From NCBI RefSeq assembly GCF_963921235.1, contig NC_086097.1, positions 81,098,001 through 81,162,000 of the forward strand: 64,000 nt of DNA. The letters run 5' to 3'. Positions 38,264 to 51,150 of this stretch are shown piece after piece. This DNA comes from Mobula hypostoma. Lineage: Eukaryota. The notes beneath the pieces were generated by a model, which was not told the origin of the DNA, did not search any database, and saw only the letters and a list, made by a program, of their open reading frames with translations. Each line of letters starts with the position of its first letter. The stretch's first letter is position 1. A program made the position numbers and the translations under genes.

Positions 38264-39870
38264 CACTGGCATGCAAAATTTTGGGCACCCCGGTCAAAAT
38301 TTCTGTTACTGTGAATAGTTAAGTGAGTAGAAGATGAACTGATCTCCAAAAATCATAAAGTTAGAGAGGAACCATTCTTTTCAACATTTTATGCAAGATT
38401 AGTGTATTATTTTTGTTTTGTACAATTTTAGAGTGAAAAATGGAAAGGAGCACCATGCAAACGTTTGGGCACCCCTGGAGATTTTAGCTCTCAGATAATT
38501 TTTACCAAGGTCTCAGATCTTAATTAGCTTGTTACCTCTATGGCTTGTTCACAATCATCGTTCGGAAAGGCCAGGTGATGCAAATTTCTAAGCTTTATAC
38601 TCCTCAAACCTTGTCCCAATAATCAGTAGTCATGGGCTCTTCTAAGCAGCTGCCTAGCACTCTGAAAATTAAAATAAATGATGCCCACAAAGCAGGAGAA
38701 GGCTATAAGAAGAAGTTGTCAGGTAGCTGTTTCCTCAGTTTATAATGTAATTAAGAAATGGCAGTTAACAAGAACGGTGGAGCTCAAGTTGAGGTCTGGA
38801 AGACCAAGAAAACTTTCCGAGAGAATGGCTCGTAGGATTGCTAGAAAGGCAAATCAAAACCCCTGTTTGACTGCAAAAGACCTTCAGGACGATTTAGCAG
38901 ACTCTGGAGTGGTGGTGCACTGTTCTACTGTGCAGCAGCATCTGCACAAATATGACCTTCATGGAAGAGTCGTCAGAAGAAAAGCTTTCCTGCATCCTCA
39001 CCACAAAATCCAGCATCAGAAGTTTGCAAAGGAACATCTAAACAAGCCTGATGCATTTTGGAAACAAGTCCTGTGGACTGATGAAGTTAAAATAGAACTT
39101 TTTGGCCGCAATGAGCAAAGGTATGTTTGGAGAAAAAAGGGTGCAGTTTCATGAAAAGAACACCTCTCCAACTGTTAAGCACGGGGGTGAATCGAACATG
39201 CTTTGGGCTTGTGTTGCAGCCTGTGGCACGGGGAACATTTCACTGGTAGAGGGAAGAATGAATTCAATTAAATACCAGCAAATTCTGGAAGCAAACATCA
39301 CACCGTCTGTAAAAAAAGCTGAAGATGAAAAGAGGATGGCTTCTACAACAGGATAGTGATCCTAAACACACTTCAAAATCCACAATGGACTACCCCAAGA
39401 GGCGCAAGCTGAAGGTTTTGCCATAGCCCTCACAGTCCCCCGACCTAAACATCAAAAATTTCGAAAAACTGTGGATAGACCTCAAAAGAGCAGGGCATGC
39501 AAGACGGCCCAAGAATCTCACAGAACTAGAAGCCTTTTGCAAGGAAGAATGGGTGAAAATTCCCCAACAAGACTTGAAGGACTCTGAGCTGGCTACAAGA
39601 AGTGTTTACAAGCTGTGATACTTGCCGAAGGGGGTGTTACTAAGTACCGACCATGCAGGGTGTCCAAACTTTTGCTTCAGGCCCTTTTCCTTTTTTGTTA
39701 TTTTGAAACTGTAAAAGATGGAAATAAAAAAATAATCTTGCTTAAAATATTGAAGAAATGTGTAATCTTTAACTTCATGCCTTTTGAAAATCAGGTCATC
39801 TCTTACTCGCTTAGCTACTCACAGTAACAGATATTTTGACCAAGGGTGCCCAAACTTTTGCATGCCACTA
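38264..39870 (+). mobile_element. Full-length decayed Tc1 transposon, IR/DR type
   Basis: TA TSDs at 38262-38263 and 39871-39872; ~210-bp inverted termini (TGGCATGCAAAA.TTTGGGCACCC) with inner repeats near 38455 and 39660; inserted in a LINE 3' tail. Confidence 0.95.
38632..39650 (+). pseudogene. Tc1 DDE transposase, frameshifted
   Basis: MGSSKQL..GEGYKK, RSGRPRKLS, VLWTDEVKIELFG, TVKHGG, QQDSDPKHTS, PSQSPDLN, GGVTKY; several frameshifts and stops. Confidence 0.93.
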
Positions 39871-40274
39871 TAAGTCACACACAATACAAAAGTAATATTA
39901 CCACAAATAAATTAACAAATAATAAGATGCATTTATGACACAAGCCAAAAAGTAAACAATATAACACTACTTCAATGACCACAGCACAACTGAGGTTAAG
40001 TTGGTTTTGACCAGCAACATCTGATGAGTTCATGTTCCTGCTCAATGTTACTACTAGTCTGCACAAACATTATTTGCAAACTAAACAAAATTTTAAAAAA
40101 TGCAAATACATACAGAAAATGCTGGAAACACTTCTTATGTGAGGCAGCATCTATGGAAAGAGAAACCGAGAAAAAGTTTCTGGTTTAAGATTTGCAAACT
40201 AAGACTTTCTGATTAGGATCTTCATGCTTGGCCTCATGAATGTTTAAAGCATTTTCTGTGTTTATTCAAGGACC

Positions 40275-40780
40275 AAAGCATTGGTGCAATCATGAAAAAG
40301 GCATGCCACTTCTCTGGTCCTTCAGGAGTTTGAAGATATTTGGTATGTCACCAAAGACTCAGATATTTCTATAGAGGTATAGTGAAGAGCATTCTGACTG
40401 ACTGCATCGCAGCCTGGTATAAGCATCCAATGTACAGAATTGCAAAAGGCAAGTTGTGGAGTCAGCCCACTCCATCACGAGCACAACCCCCTGCCATCAA
40501 GGATATCTTCAAGAGGTGGGGCCTCAAGAAAGCAGAATCTATCATCAAGCATTCTCACCGTCCAGGGCATGCCTCCTTATTATTACCATTAGAGAGGCGG
40601 CTCAGGAGCCCGAAGACCTACACTCAATGATTTAGGAACAGCTTCTTCCCCTCCACCATCAAATTCCTGAATGGTCCATGAGCACTACCTCATTATTCCT
40701 TTATTTTTATTTTTGCAATTTAGAGATTTTTTTTGTCATTGCTGCAGAACAACAAATTTGATGTCTAATTCTGATTCTGT
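40275..40780 (+). mobile_element. Rex1/Babar LINE 3' fragment, preceded by a degenerate fold-back Penelope unit (40105-40270)
   Basis: FYRGIVKSILTDCIAAWY..LKKAESIIKHSHRPGH; (ATTCTG)n tail. Confidence 0.8.
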
Positions 40781-41274
40781 CATTTTGTAATATTAACCAA
40801 GTGGCATTAGTCAATAACACTGAATGATTAAAGTGGTTCAAACATTTCCACCTTGCTCACAATGATGGTTCAAAAAATTATAACAATGCACTCCCCTTTC
40901 ACCTACCACTGCTCCTTGGACAGAATGCAAGATACCCTTTGACCTTCTTACTACTTGCCATCACAAATTTTATTTTGACACAAGACTTCTAATTCTCTAT
41001 GGGATAAAGTTAAAAATAGGGGCCAATTAATGAAATTAAGTGTCATTAGTGTAGTGTCTCTCGCTTGTCAAATGGATAGTTTGGGGTCTAAAACACCTGG
41101 CTATCCAGAAGTTCCTTTGCCGATGCAGAAGTATTTTTAGCAAACATTTTTTTAAAATCAAACATTTAGTTTCTTAACATCTCAAACCATCTAAAATGTC
41201 TGAGTAGAAAATTATTTATTATGATGAGCATTTTCCTTCTTCTTTGTTCTTTAAATATGAAAGGAAAAATCCAT

Positions 41275-43195
41275 CACTGGAACCCCTGCATTTGCTTGCT
41301 AACTACATATTGGAGTTGACAACACCATTATCTTCCTGCTTCAACGGACTTACATCCATCTGGATGAGCCAGGCAGCACTGTGAGCATCATGTTCTTTGA
41401 TTTCTCCAGTGCTTTTAACAATATACGACCTGCTTTACTAGGGAGTAAGCTCATGGAGATGCAGGTGGATGCACCACTAGTGTCCTGGATTACTGTCTAC
41501 CTGTCCAAATGGTCACAGTATCTGAGATTGCAGAGCTGTATATCAGATACTGTGGTTAGCAGCACAGGGGCACCTCAGGAGACTGTCCTGTCCCCCTTCC
41601 GGTTCACCATCTGCAACTTCGACTTCAGATACAACTTGGAGTCCTGCCACCTGCAGAAGTTTTCGGATGATTTGGCAGATGTGGGCTGTATCAGCCGAGA
41701 TCAAAAGGCTGAGTACAGAAGAGTGGTGGACAACTTTGTTGAGTGTCTTGTGCTGAATCACCTGTAGCCCAAAATCACTGAGACAAAGGTGTTGGTGGTG
41801 GACTTCACAAGAACCTAAGAACATAAGAAATAGGAGCAGTAGTAGGCCATCCAGCCCATCAAGCCTGCCCCGCCATTCAATAAGATCATGGCTGATCTGT
41901 TCGTAAACTTAGCTCCATCTACCTGCCTTTTCCCCATAACCCTTAATTCTCTTACTATGTAAAAACCCGTTTCTTAAATATATTTAATGAGGAAGCCTCA
42001 ACTGCTTCCCTGGGCAGAGAATTCAACAGATTCACCTCTCTCTGGGAAAAACAGTTTCTCCTCATCTCCGTCCCAAATCTTCTCCCCTGAATCTTGAGGC
42101 AATGTCTCCCAGTTCTAGTCTCACCTAAAAATGGAACCACTTTCCTACTTCTATCTTATCTATACCTTTCAGAATTTTGTATGTTTCTAGAAGATCCCCT
42201 CTCATTCTTCTGAATCCAGAGGGTACAGTCCCAGGCGACTCAATCTCTCCTCGTAGGTTATCTCCTTCATCCCCAGAGTCAACCTGGTGAACCTCCTCTG
42301 CACTGCCTCCAAAGCCAGTATATCCTTCCTCAAGTATGGAGACCAGAACTGCACACAGTACTCCAGGTGCGGCCTCACCAGTACCCTGTATAGTTGCAGC
42401 ATGACCTCTCTGCTCTTGAATTCAATTCCTTTGGCAATGAAGGACAACATTCCGTGTGCCTTCTTAATAACCTGTTGTACCTGCAAGCCAACTTTTTGCG
42501 ATTCTTTGATTGTAAGGAAGGTGAAAACACCTTGCATTTCCATCTCCAACAAGAGAACAGATGTGGAAGGCATCTAGGACTACAAATACTTGGGAAATCG
42601 CCTGGACAATAAACTGGACTGGACTAAAAGTTCAGGGGTTCTGTACAAGGCCAGAGCCAACTATATTTCCTGAGGAGATTCCAGTCATTCAATGTCTGCA
42701 GTACTATGCTGCAAATGTTGTACGACTCAGTGGCAGCCAGCATTCTATTCTACGCTGTGGTCTGCTGGGGCAGCAGGGGGAGAGCAGCTGACACCAAGAG
42801 GATCGATAAGCTTGTCAGGAAGGCAGGTTCTGTTCTGGGGGTGTAACTGGATTCCCTGGTGGTTGTGTCTGAGAGGAGGATGCTGCAGAAGCTACAGAGT
42901 GGTATGGACAATCCTTCTCATCCTGTCCATGACGTACTGGCCAAACAGGAGCACAATCAGTAACAGACTGAGTCCACCGGGGCACACCACTGAAAGCCAC
43001 AGGAGATCCTTTCTCCCCGTGGCTATAAAACCCTACAACTCCTCCTCCTTAAGCACGTAAGCATATGGTTTCATTGCACATCTGTGTTTTGCAATATTAC
43101 TTTTTAATGCACATTTTGTATTTTAAAGTATATATTTCTGACTGAGCAACCTTGCAACAATAATTTCCTTTGGGATAAGTTAAGTTTTATCTTAA
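41275..43195 (+). mobile_element. Rex1/Babar LINE RT fragment split by a CR1 insertion
   Basis: FFDFSSAFNNIRP..STGAPQETVLSPF..LQKFSDD; resumes at ~42510 and reaches RRSFLPVAIK.YNSS. Confidence 0.9.
41808..42504 (-). mobile_element. CR1 LINE 3' fragment nested in Rex1
   Basis: KGIEFKSREVMLQLYRVLVRPHLEYCVQFWSPYLRKD; (AAGAACAT)n tail. Confidence 0.92.
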
Positions 43196-43889
43196 AGCAT
43201 GCACAGGACAAGACCACTGAACTTCCTAAGTCATTCAAAGCATTAATCATGAAAAAAAAAGAGAACAGCATAAACATATTAGCAGGATCTGCAACTTCAT
43301 CCCATGTCTAAAGCTAACCAGAAATACAAACTGTATAAGTGACAATATATACACTTCTTAACTGGAAAAACTGAGAGAAAGAGTGCAAGAAAGAGATTAA
43401 ATTACACCCACATTGTCCTTCTGTCTTTGAAAATGTGATGAAATTGTCAACACCCAATTTGTTGAAGATTCAAAGTCTATATCTCCCACTGTGCAAATTC
43501 CCAGAGATCCTAGAATGAGCATCTTGCTGACATTCCAAAACTAAAACATACTTCACTCTGGTATTTAATGCATCACTTCATAACAGACATTTAATTCAAT
43601 CCTGTGCTTCCCATCTATACAGAAACCTCCTGATTCATGTAATGCATTGATGGACTAAGTAGAAAGTAACTTAAAGCATGGTATTAACAAGATTATATTT
43701 ACTTAGAGATTCACTTTCAGCTGTATTCAAATTATGTATGGTGCCGCTGCAAAGTGAGTCAATTTTCTAGGGAATACAGTTATAGGTTAATTGCTGCCTA
43801 AATCCAGAATCAAGTCACATCCTTACACCATGACAAAGCAAAAGGAATCTACTTAATTTGCATTCCATAACTTTAACCTCAGCATGAAG

Positions 43890-45020
43890 GTTAGATTAGG
43901 CTGTTAAACCAGATAAGAGCCCATGGCATTACAAGAAAGATAGTAGCCTCAATAGAACATTGGCTGAATGGCAGGAGGCAAAGAATGGGAATAAAGGGAT
44001 TCATTTTGGATTGGCTGCCGGTGACTAGTGGTGTTCCACATGGGTCTGTGTTGGAACCGCTTCTTTTTACATTGCATATCAATGACTTGAATGATGAAAT
44101 TGATGACTTGTGGCCAGTTTTCAGACAATACGAAGATAGGTGGAGGGGCAGTTAGTGTTGAGGAAGCAGAGAGGCTGCAGAAGGGCTTAGACAGATTAGG
44201 AGAATAGGAAAAGAGGTGGCAGATGGAATATAATATTGAGAAATTTATGGTCATGCACTTTGGGAGAAGGAATAAAAGAACAGACTATTTTCTAAGCTGT
44301 CAGAAAATTTAAAAAACTGAGGTGCAAAGGGATTTGGGAGTCCTCGTACAAGATTCCGTAAAGGTTGCAGGTTGAATCGGTGGTGAAGAAGGCAAATACA
44401 ATGTTTGCATTCATTTCAAGAGGAGTAGGATATAAAAACAAGGATGTAATGCTGAGGCTGTATAAGGTACTGGTGAGACCTCGCTTGGAGTATTATGAGC
44501 AGTTTCGGCCTCTTATCTAATAAAGAATGTGTTGACATTGGAGAAGCTTCGAAGGAGGTTCACGAGACTGATTCCGGGGTTGAAAGGGTTATCATATGAG
44601 AGCGATTGAAAGCTCTGGGTCTGTACTCACTAGAGTTTAGGAGAATGAGGGGGAAATCTCATTGGAAACCTATCGAGTGTTGAATGGCCTAGACAGAGTC
44701 GATACGAAATGGATGCTTCCTTTGGTGGGGTGATCCAGGACCAGAAGGCAAAATTTCAAAATAGAGGGACGTCCACTTAAAACAGAGATGAGGAGAAATT
44801 TCTTTAGCCAGGGGGTTTGAAGCTATGGAATTCATCGCCACCATAGGCAGCTGTGGAGGCCAGGTCTTTGGGTGCATTTTAGGTGGAGGCTGGTAAGTTC
44901 TTGATTGGTCAGGGTGTGAAAGGTTATGTTAAGAGGGAAATGAATCAGCCAAGATGAAATGGTGGAGCAGACTCAATGGGCCGAATGGCCTAATTCTGCT
45001 TCTCTGTCTTGTGCTCTTAT
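43890..45020 (+). mobile_element. Decayed CR1 LINE RT/3' fragment
   Basis: WLNGRRQR..VTSGVPHGSVLEPLLF..INDL..FSDNTKIGG; 3' UTR ATGGGCCGAATGGCCTAATTCTGCT. Confidence 0.9.
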
Positions 45021-45384
45021 TAATTTTCTGATGTCAACGCATCATGATGTTCCACCTACGACCCTAGGAAATATAGAACAGTACACCTCAAGAGAATAAC
45101 CGTGTCAAACCTCAATAGCAACACCAGGATGAACAATAAATTCTTTATACTTATGTGAAGGTCACACAATTCTATCGCTGAGCAGGATTTCAATAAAAGG
45201 AGACAAATAGCAAAAGCATTCATGTCACACAATAACTTTTCCTCCCCCTTTCATCTCATTCAAAAAGCTGCATGGTTGAAGGTATTTTTATGAAAAATAT
45301 CAGATGTGAAAAGGGATTGCTTTTTACCTCAAGTATCTGGCAAATGTTTTGTTGGAATAATGCTTAATCACATAAAATATTCAA

Positions 45385-45760
45385 CGAGGCTGTAGGCTCA
45401 TTTTGGGGGGCTTTGAGGTTCATGATCCTGGATTCTGGTTACTCTTTTCTTTGGCTGTTTGATCGTGGTGATCAATGCTTCGGCAAAGAATGGCCCCAGT
45501 AAAGAATGGCCCCATGGTCTGCACTGGGCTAGTGCCGCCATGTTGATCTGAGCCAAACAAATTACCGGTTTGTTGTTTGATATCCTATGTGTCGTTTGTT
45601 CGCTTTTAGCTGTTTACACAATCTGTTTTTTTTTCGCACACTGGGTGTTTGATACTTTCTTGAATGGGTTCTTTGTTTCATGGCTGTCAGCAGGAGAACA
45701 AATCTCAGAGCTGTATTCCATATACATACTTATATCGTAAGTATTCTTTAAATCTTTGAA
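45385..45760 (+). mobile_element. SINE-like or LINE-tail repeat with Rex1-type 3' end
   Basis: 3' part resembles the tail at 34270-34385 (..AATCTCAG..TGTA..ATACTT..CTTTGAA). Confidence 0.5.
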
Positions 45761-46818
45761 CTGGCAATATTACTGGGGCACATAGACCTCTAGCCTAAGT
45801 AATGTGTAATTGTTCTGGCCATATTCTCTATTTGGCAGCCATGATAAACCACTCTTTCCCTTCCTCTCCCAGAAGCAAGGGGTTCCTTCATTTGCTTTGT
45901 GTTTCTGAGTTTCTCTTGTATAACATCCAAACACTACCTTCCACTTCTGGCTTGTGGTAAGCTGAAAATCTATCAAATGATTCACCCAAAAGTATCTACT
46001 TAACAGCACCAACCTTTTTCCTCAACTCATAATGCTCTATCTGATGGTTTAGAAATATTGAGAGGAACCAATTCTCACATTATTGCACATAGTAAATGGA
46101 CAATATTTGAGTATCAAGATGCTTGTTGATGTACTGCACAGTGCCTAATTTTTATATGCAACTAATTATCAAGTTCAGAAAGTTAAGTTGATAATTTAAG
46201 TTAGGACTTCATTGACTATATAACATCTCCAGTAATTTTCAGCCAATAATATGGTATGCAAGTGCAATGACCATAGTAACCTGTGAGATGCACCTTCTAT
46301 AGCAAATAATTAAATGAGCAGGTATGGCTGGATTTAGACACCTCTTTCTGAGGCAAAACACTACTATTCAGCTGTTTTTACAGACCTGACAACAGAGTTT
46401 TGTAGTCAATTCCAGAAATAAATTTGGCAGCAACACAAGTGGGTGGGATAGAACAAATAAATTAATGGTTAATCTCAGTCACCAGTGTTTACCCTGTTCA
46501 TAGTTATTTAGCTTACTGAGAGAATGTATCATTAAGAATGATTTATAATTTCACAATTCCCTTTTGTTGCTTCATTCTAACAGCAGAATCTATGATCCAT
46601 GAAGTTAATTATAAACATGAAAAAATGCTAAGCCTACATAGGTAGAGCTTGCTTTGCTGTCAAATAGCATACACAGAAATTGAACCATCTATGTGTAAAG
46701 TATAAAGTAAGGTCACAACTTTTTCCCTAACTCTAACCTAGTTAGGTCAGTTGTGATCATAATTGCATTTACTTCACCCTCAACTGAACACACTGAATGA
46801 ATTTCAAACAATGCCAAA

Positions 46819-47044
46819 AGGCACATCTTTGTGAAAATCCCCATGGGGAAAATGATAACCTGAAGTTAAACTCTCTGATACCATTGAAAACATCAGGGCT
46901 AGGATTCTGAACAATGAAGCTATTTTCCCTGATTAGCAATGGCTGAACGTTGTTAGAAAAGAATTGGACAATGGCCATACACTTTCCAACAATAACCAGT
47001 GGAAGGAATCAAGTTTACACCTGGTGTTAAGAAAATGGGGGGGA
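46819..47044 (+). pseudogene. Intronless ubiquitin pseudogene (single unit)
   Basis: With one 2-nt frameshift near 46861: RHIFVKIPMGKMIT-EVKLSDTIENIRARILNNEAIFPD*QWLNVVRKELDNGHTLSNNNQWKESSLHLVLRKWGG; 42/76 identities to ubiquitin by hand alignment; start ATG reads AGG; one internal TAG. Confidence 0.92.
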
Positions 47045-47394
47045 AAAAACAAGCTAAGTACAGCGAATGGTTCCAAAAAGATCCTACCTGGCCAGGGAGT
47101 ATGACCGGGACTTACAGGAGATCAAAGAGTCCAGAAAGCGAAGATTCCCTAAGGCTCATGCTGAGGATTTTCCAGCTTTATCCCACCTCAGCCAGGCTCA
47201 TCTAGAATTAGGATGCGTGCTTATATATTCTGAGATTTGGAACAAAAAGGTAATCTATTTATATTTAAAATTATTTTATTTAATTTCATTCTTTTTAATT
47301 ATTCCACACTGTTTTGATGGAGTAGATTGCACAGATGACTGGCCACTGAGAATCACTGCTACATTACATACGTGAGTATGTTCAACTCCTCCAC

Positions 47395-48275
47395 AGTTCA
47401 AATTACAAAGTAAAATTTACATACATGTCACCACACACAAGCCTGAGATTCTTTTTCCTGCAGGCATACTTAGCAAATCTATAGAACAGTCACTGTAAAC
47501 TATAAACACCAGGAACTGTTAACTGTAAAAAAAATGTGCTGATGCAGAAATAAATAAATAGCAATAAATAACAAGCATGAAATAACAATATAATAAAGTC
47601 CTTAAATGAGTGCAGTTATCCCCTTTTGTTTAAGAGCCTGATGGTTGCAGGGTAGTAACTGCTCTTGAACCTGGTGGTGCAAGTCCTGAGGCACCTGTTC
47701 CTTCTACCTGATGGCAGCAGCAAGAAAAGAGCCTGGCCTGGGTGGTGAGGATCTTTGATGATGGATGCTGTTTTTCTATGGCAACGTTTCATGTAGATGT
47801 ACTCAATGGTTGGGAGGACTTTACCCGTGATGTACTGGGCCGAATCCATTACCTTTTGTAGGATTTTCAACTCAAAGGCATTGCTGTTCTCATACCAGGC
47901 TGTAATGGAGCCAGTCAGCACACTTTCCACCACACACCTATAGAAGTTTGCCAAGGATTTTGAGGACATGCTGAACCTCTGCAGACTCCGTAGTAAATTG
48001 AGGCACTGTTGTGCTTTCTTCGGAATAATATTTATATGATGGGTCCAGGACAGGTCTTCTGAGATAGTGACACCCGGGAATTTAAAGTTACTGACCCTCT
48101 CCACTTCTGATCCACTGACCTTTGCTGGCTCATGAACCTCTGGTTTACCTCTCCTGAAGTCCACTCCCAGTTCCTTAGTATTATTGACATTGAGTGAGAG
48201 GTCGTTGTTATGAGAGCACTCAGCCAAGTTTTCAATCTCCCTCCTGTACGCTGGTTCATCACCCCCTTTGATACA
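47395..48275 (-). mobile_element. Rex1/Babar LINE 3' fragment
   Basis: ORF 47616-48305 LSLNVNNTKELGVDFRR..FKFPGV..FYRCVVESVLT..RFKSSYYPATIRLLN. Confidence 0.92.
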
Positions 48276-49229
48276 GCGTGCGCAATGTAGTTTAGGTACA
48301 TGCACAACTCCTCCGGAGGCCTCACACTAAGGCTTTGGCTGATTTTTTTGGTCTATTATTGCCCAAAGCCTCTTTAATTAAATTAGAGTAAGTTCATGTT
48401 TTAAAATACTTTACAGTAATTTTTATAGTTTTGAATATCACTAATTATGATAACTCCTTAGTTATCCAATAGTGCAATCCAAGAGGTGAGGTGGCATCCC
48501 CATCCTTGGGTATTCCAGGGATGTGACTTTAGCAGTTTGTCAGCCAAAACCTTCTCTTCTGTGAAACATCACAAATCTACACCCAGGGACAGACAGTCAG
48601 CTTCCCTTAACCCACCTCATATCCAGCCTGGGTTAGGCATAGGGGAGCAGAGACTACAGGTAGAAATTCTAAGCAGTGGTTCAAATCCAACACAATACAA
48701 CCTCTTCCTTGTACTGCACTATATTTTGCTTTTCCAGTTAACTTATTCCAAATTACTTATTTCAAACAAAACAATTGAGCAAATCTTACACATGCAGCTA
48801 TTTTCAAATTCAGCAGAGATTCGATTTACTGAGATTGAATGCACGTTGGAAACATCGCAAAATGAATTCATTCAGCCTCTTGTGTCAAAGCTGTTCAATC
48901 AGTACAGACAGCTCCTCAAAGGAGACATGGACACTTTGAAATAAAGCCTTTGATATACTGAGAATAGAAAACATTCTATTTACTTATTCTGCTTTCAAAA
49001 TCATCTAGTTCCCATTTTTTTTACTTATTTAAATGTGCAACATTATTAGTAATGCCAATCACTGTTATAAAGCCTGACAGCTACAGAAATATACTCCAAA
49101 ATGCTCTTTTGAATGTTTTAAATTCTGCCTTTGGATAAACAAGTTTCAAGAGAAGCATGTAATATCCAAGGATGATAATTTTGTTCATGTCCCAATATTC
49201 GAGTTAAAATTTTGTCTCCAACTTGATGC

Positions 49230-49950
49230 CATGAACATCTATTTCCCCATCCCCCGGCAATTTCTCCCCATTCCCTTTAATCATATCATTTTCCATTCAC
49301 CATTTTGGTTCACCTACTGCCCCTTCTCTTCTCTTCACCTACCTATCACTCCCCTCTCGTGCTCCTCCTCCTTCTCTTTCTTCAATGGTTCATTCACACT
49401 GACTTCACTCTCTCAAACGCCACACCCCTAACTTAAACCTTCCTTGGTAGCAAAAGCAAATTTCCTGTTAGAATATTGGCCCTTTCCGGTTCATGTGCAA
49501 ACCGTCCATCTTGTACTGGTCTATCCTAGAAAATATACCATTGGTCCAAGAACCTAAATCCCAGCCTTCTGCACCAACAATTTAGCCACATACTTACCTG
49601 ATCCAAATTTTTATTCCTGGACTCAGCATGTGGCACTGGGAGTAATTCACAGATCACTTGCCCTTGATATACCTCACTTTAATGTCTTATTTATACTCAT
49701 TCTGCAGGACCTCATCTCTTGCTTTATCTACAGAACATCATTTGTACCAAGATGTATAATAATCTCCATCTTTTGACACTTCCCCTCGAGAATTTTCTAC
49801 AGCCACTCAGAAACATCTTTGGCCCTGCTAGCTGGGAGGCATCATGTCAACCTGACACCTCTTCACATAACATGTCCCCCTTACCGTTGGGTCTCCTATC
49901 ACCATCGTTCTGACTGACTGCACCCTTTACCTGTTCCTGACCCCGTGACC
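49230..49950. mobile_element. Old Penelope 3' remnant (+, 49230-49420) and probable CR1 ORF1 remnant (-, 49430-49950)
   Basis: The first part is colinear with 5520-5680. The second resembles CR1 ORF1-region sequence from memory, with only weak motifs. Confidence 0.45.
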
Positions 49951-51150
49951 ATGCCTCTCCAATTCAGCCTCTCCAGGTGAAGGTGAGAAACTCTCATCAT
50001 CAATCTCAGCAATGCCAACATGAAAATAAAGGGTTCAAATTTGCGAAGAAATGACAGCATCACTCTGCTTCTGAAGACTCCTGTCATGGCCACGCCAAGA
50101 TGGAAATGCAAAAATTCCTGATGGTCACTTGCCAGCAACTGGGCTCTGCCACGTGGAGTCTGACAGGCCCCAAATTTGCAGCAACCCCTCAGCATTTACA
50201 CTGGGGAATCAGCTTGGACAACCTGGATGAAATTAGATGGAGCAAGGATCCTATTTCGTACATTTAAATGGAGAATGAGAACAGAGATCAAGGTGTTTGC
50301 ATTTTTTTGATCGATTGTTTTTTTTTGCTTTATTTAAGTTAAAATATTACTTAATACTTTGATTTTTATTGTTTAAAGATTTCTCATGAGAGACACGCTA
50401 TGTGCTTTGACAGAGCTGACAGTTGGAAGATCAAGGCTGTGGAGAGCAGCTGTCTGCCAAAAGCCATCTAGTGATTTTAAGTGTAGAGCTTGCTTTGTTG
50501 ACTTTGCCTAATTTTATTTTGATTTCCAGTGCTCTGACAATATGTGCTTAATTATAAATTCCAACATCTCCTTGCACTGATGTCAGGCTTTATTTTTATT
50601 TCTCCATCATCAATTCCATATCGTCCACTGCTGAGCAGTGTTTTAATCCTTGCCCATTGACAACACCTTAATCCACCTGGAAGCACTCAAATGCCCATAT
50701 TGGATAACTAGAATATTCTCTGATGATTTTTATTACAACTATGAACTAAACAATTTCTTCAAAAGATAGCTATACCCAAACCAGGTATATTGAAACAGCT
50801 ACTCAGTGAAATATAACCTACTGTCTGTGAATAAATAGCTTGCAGATTATCCCTGAGATCAGGAAAACAGAGGATTATTTGCAGCACATTAAGGTTCAAT
50901 AGGCTGAGTAGCCATGTGTTAAAAGAAGGCTTGAATTCATACGAAAAGCAAGAAATCTAATAATTTGCCTCAGAAAAGCAACATTCTTTCTATCTTTCTC
51001 TGCAGATGACTGCTCTTTATGACTGCAAATTTCTCCACATCAGGCAGCATTCCAGAAAATAAATTATCTTAACAGTGAGGTGGATTACTAGAATGATAAT
51101 TTGGGGACATATCACCAGAAAGTAGCGACTCGTTGTGAAATCATCAAATA

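Noticed and set aside
47067..47160. LAREYDRD as the UBA52 (eL40) tail after the ubiquitin copy
   Set aside because: Only faint similarity to LAQKYNCD, displaced by about 30 nt and lacking the cysteines; the parent gene is left unassigned.
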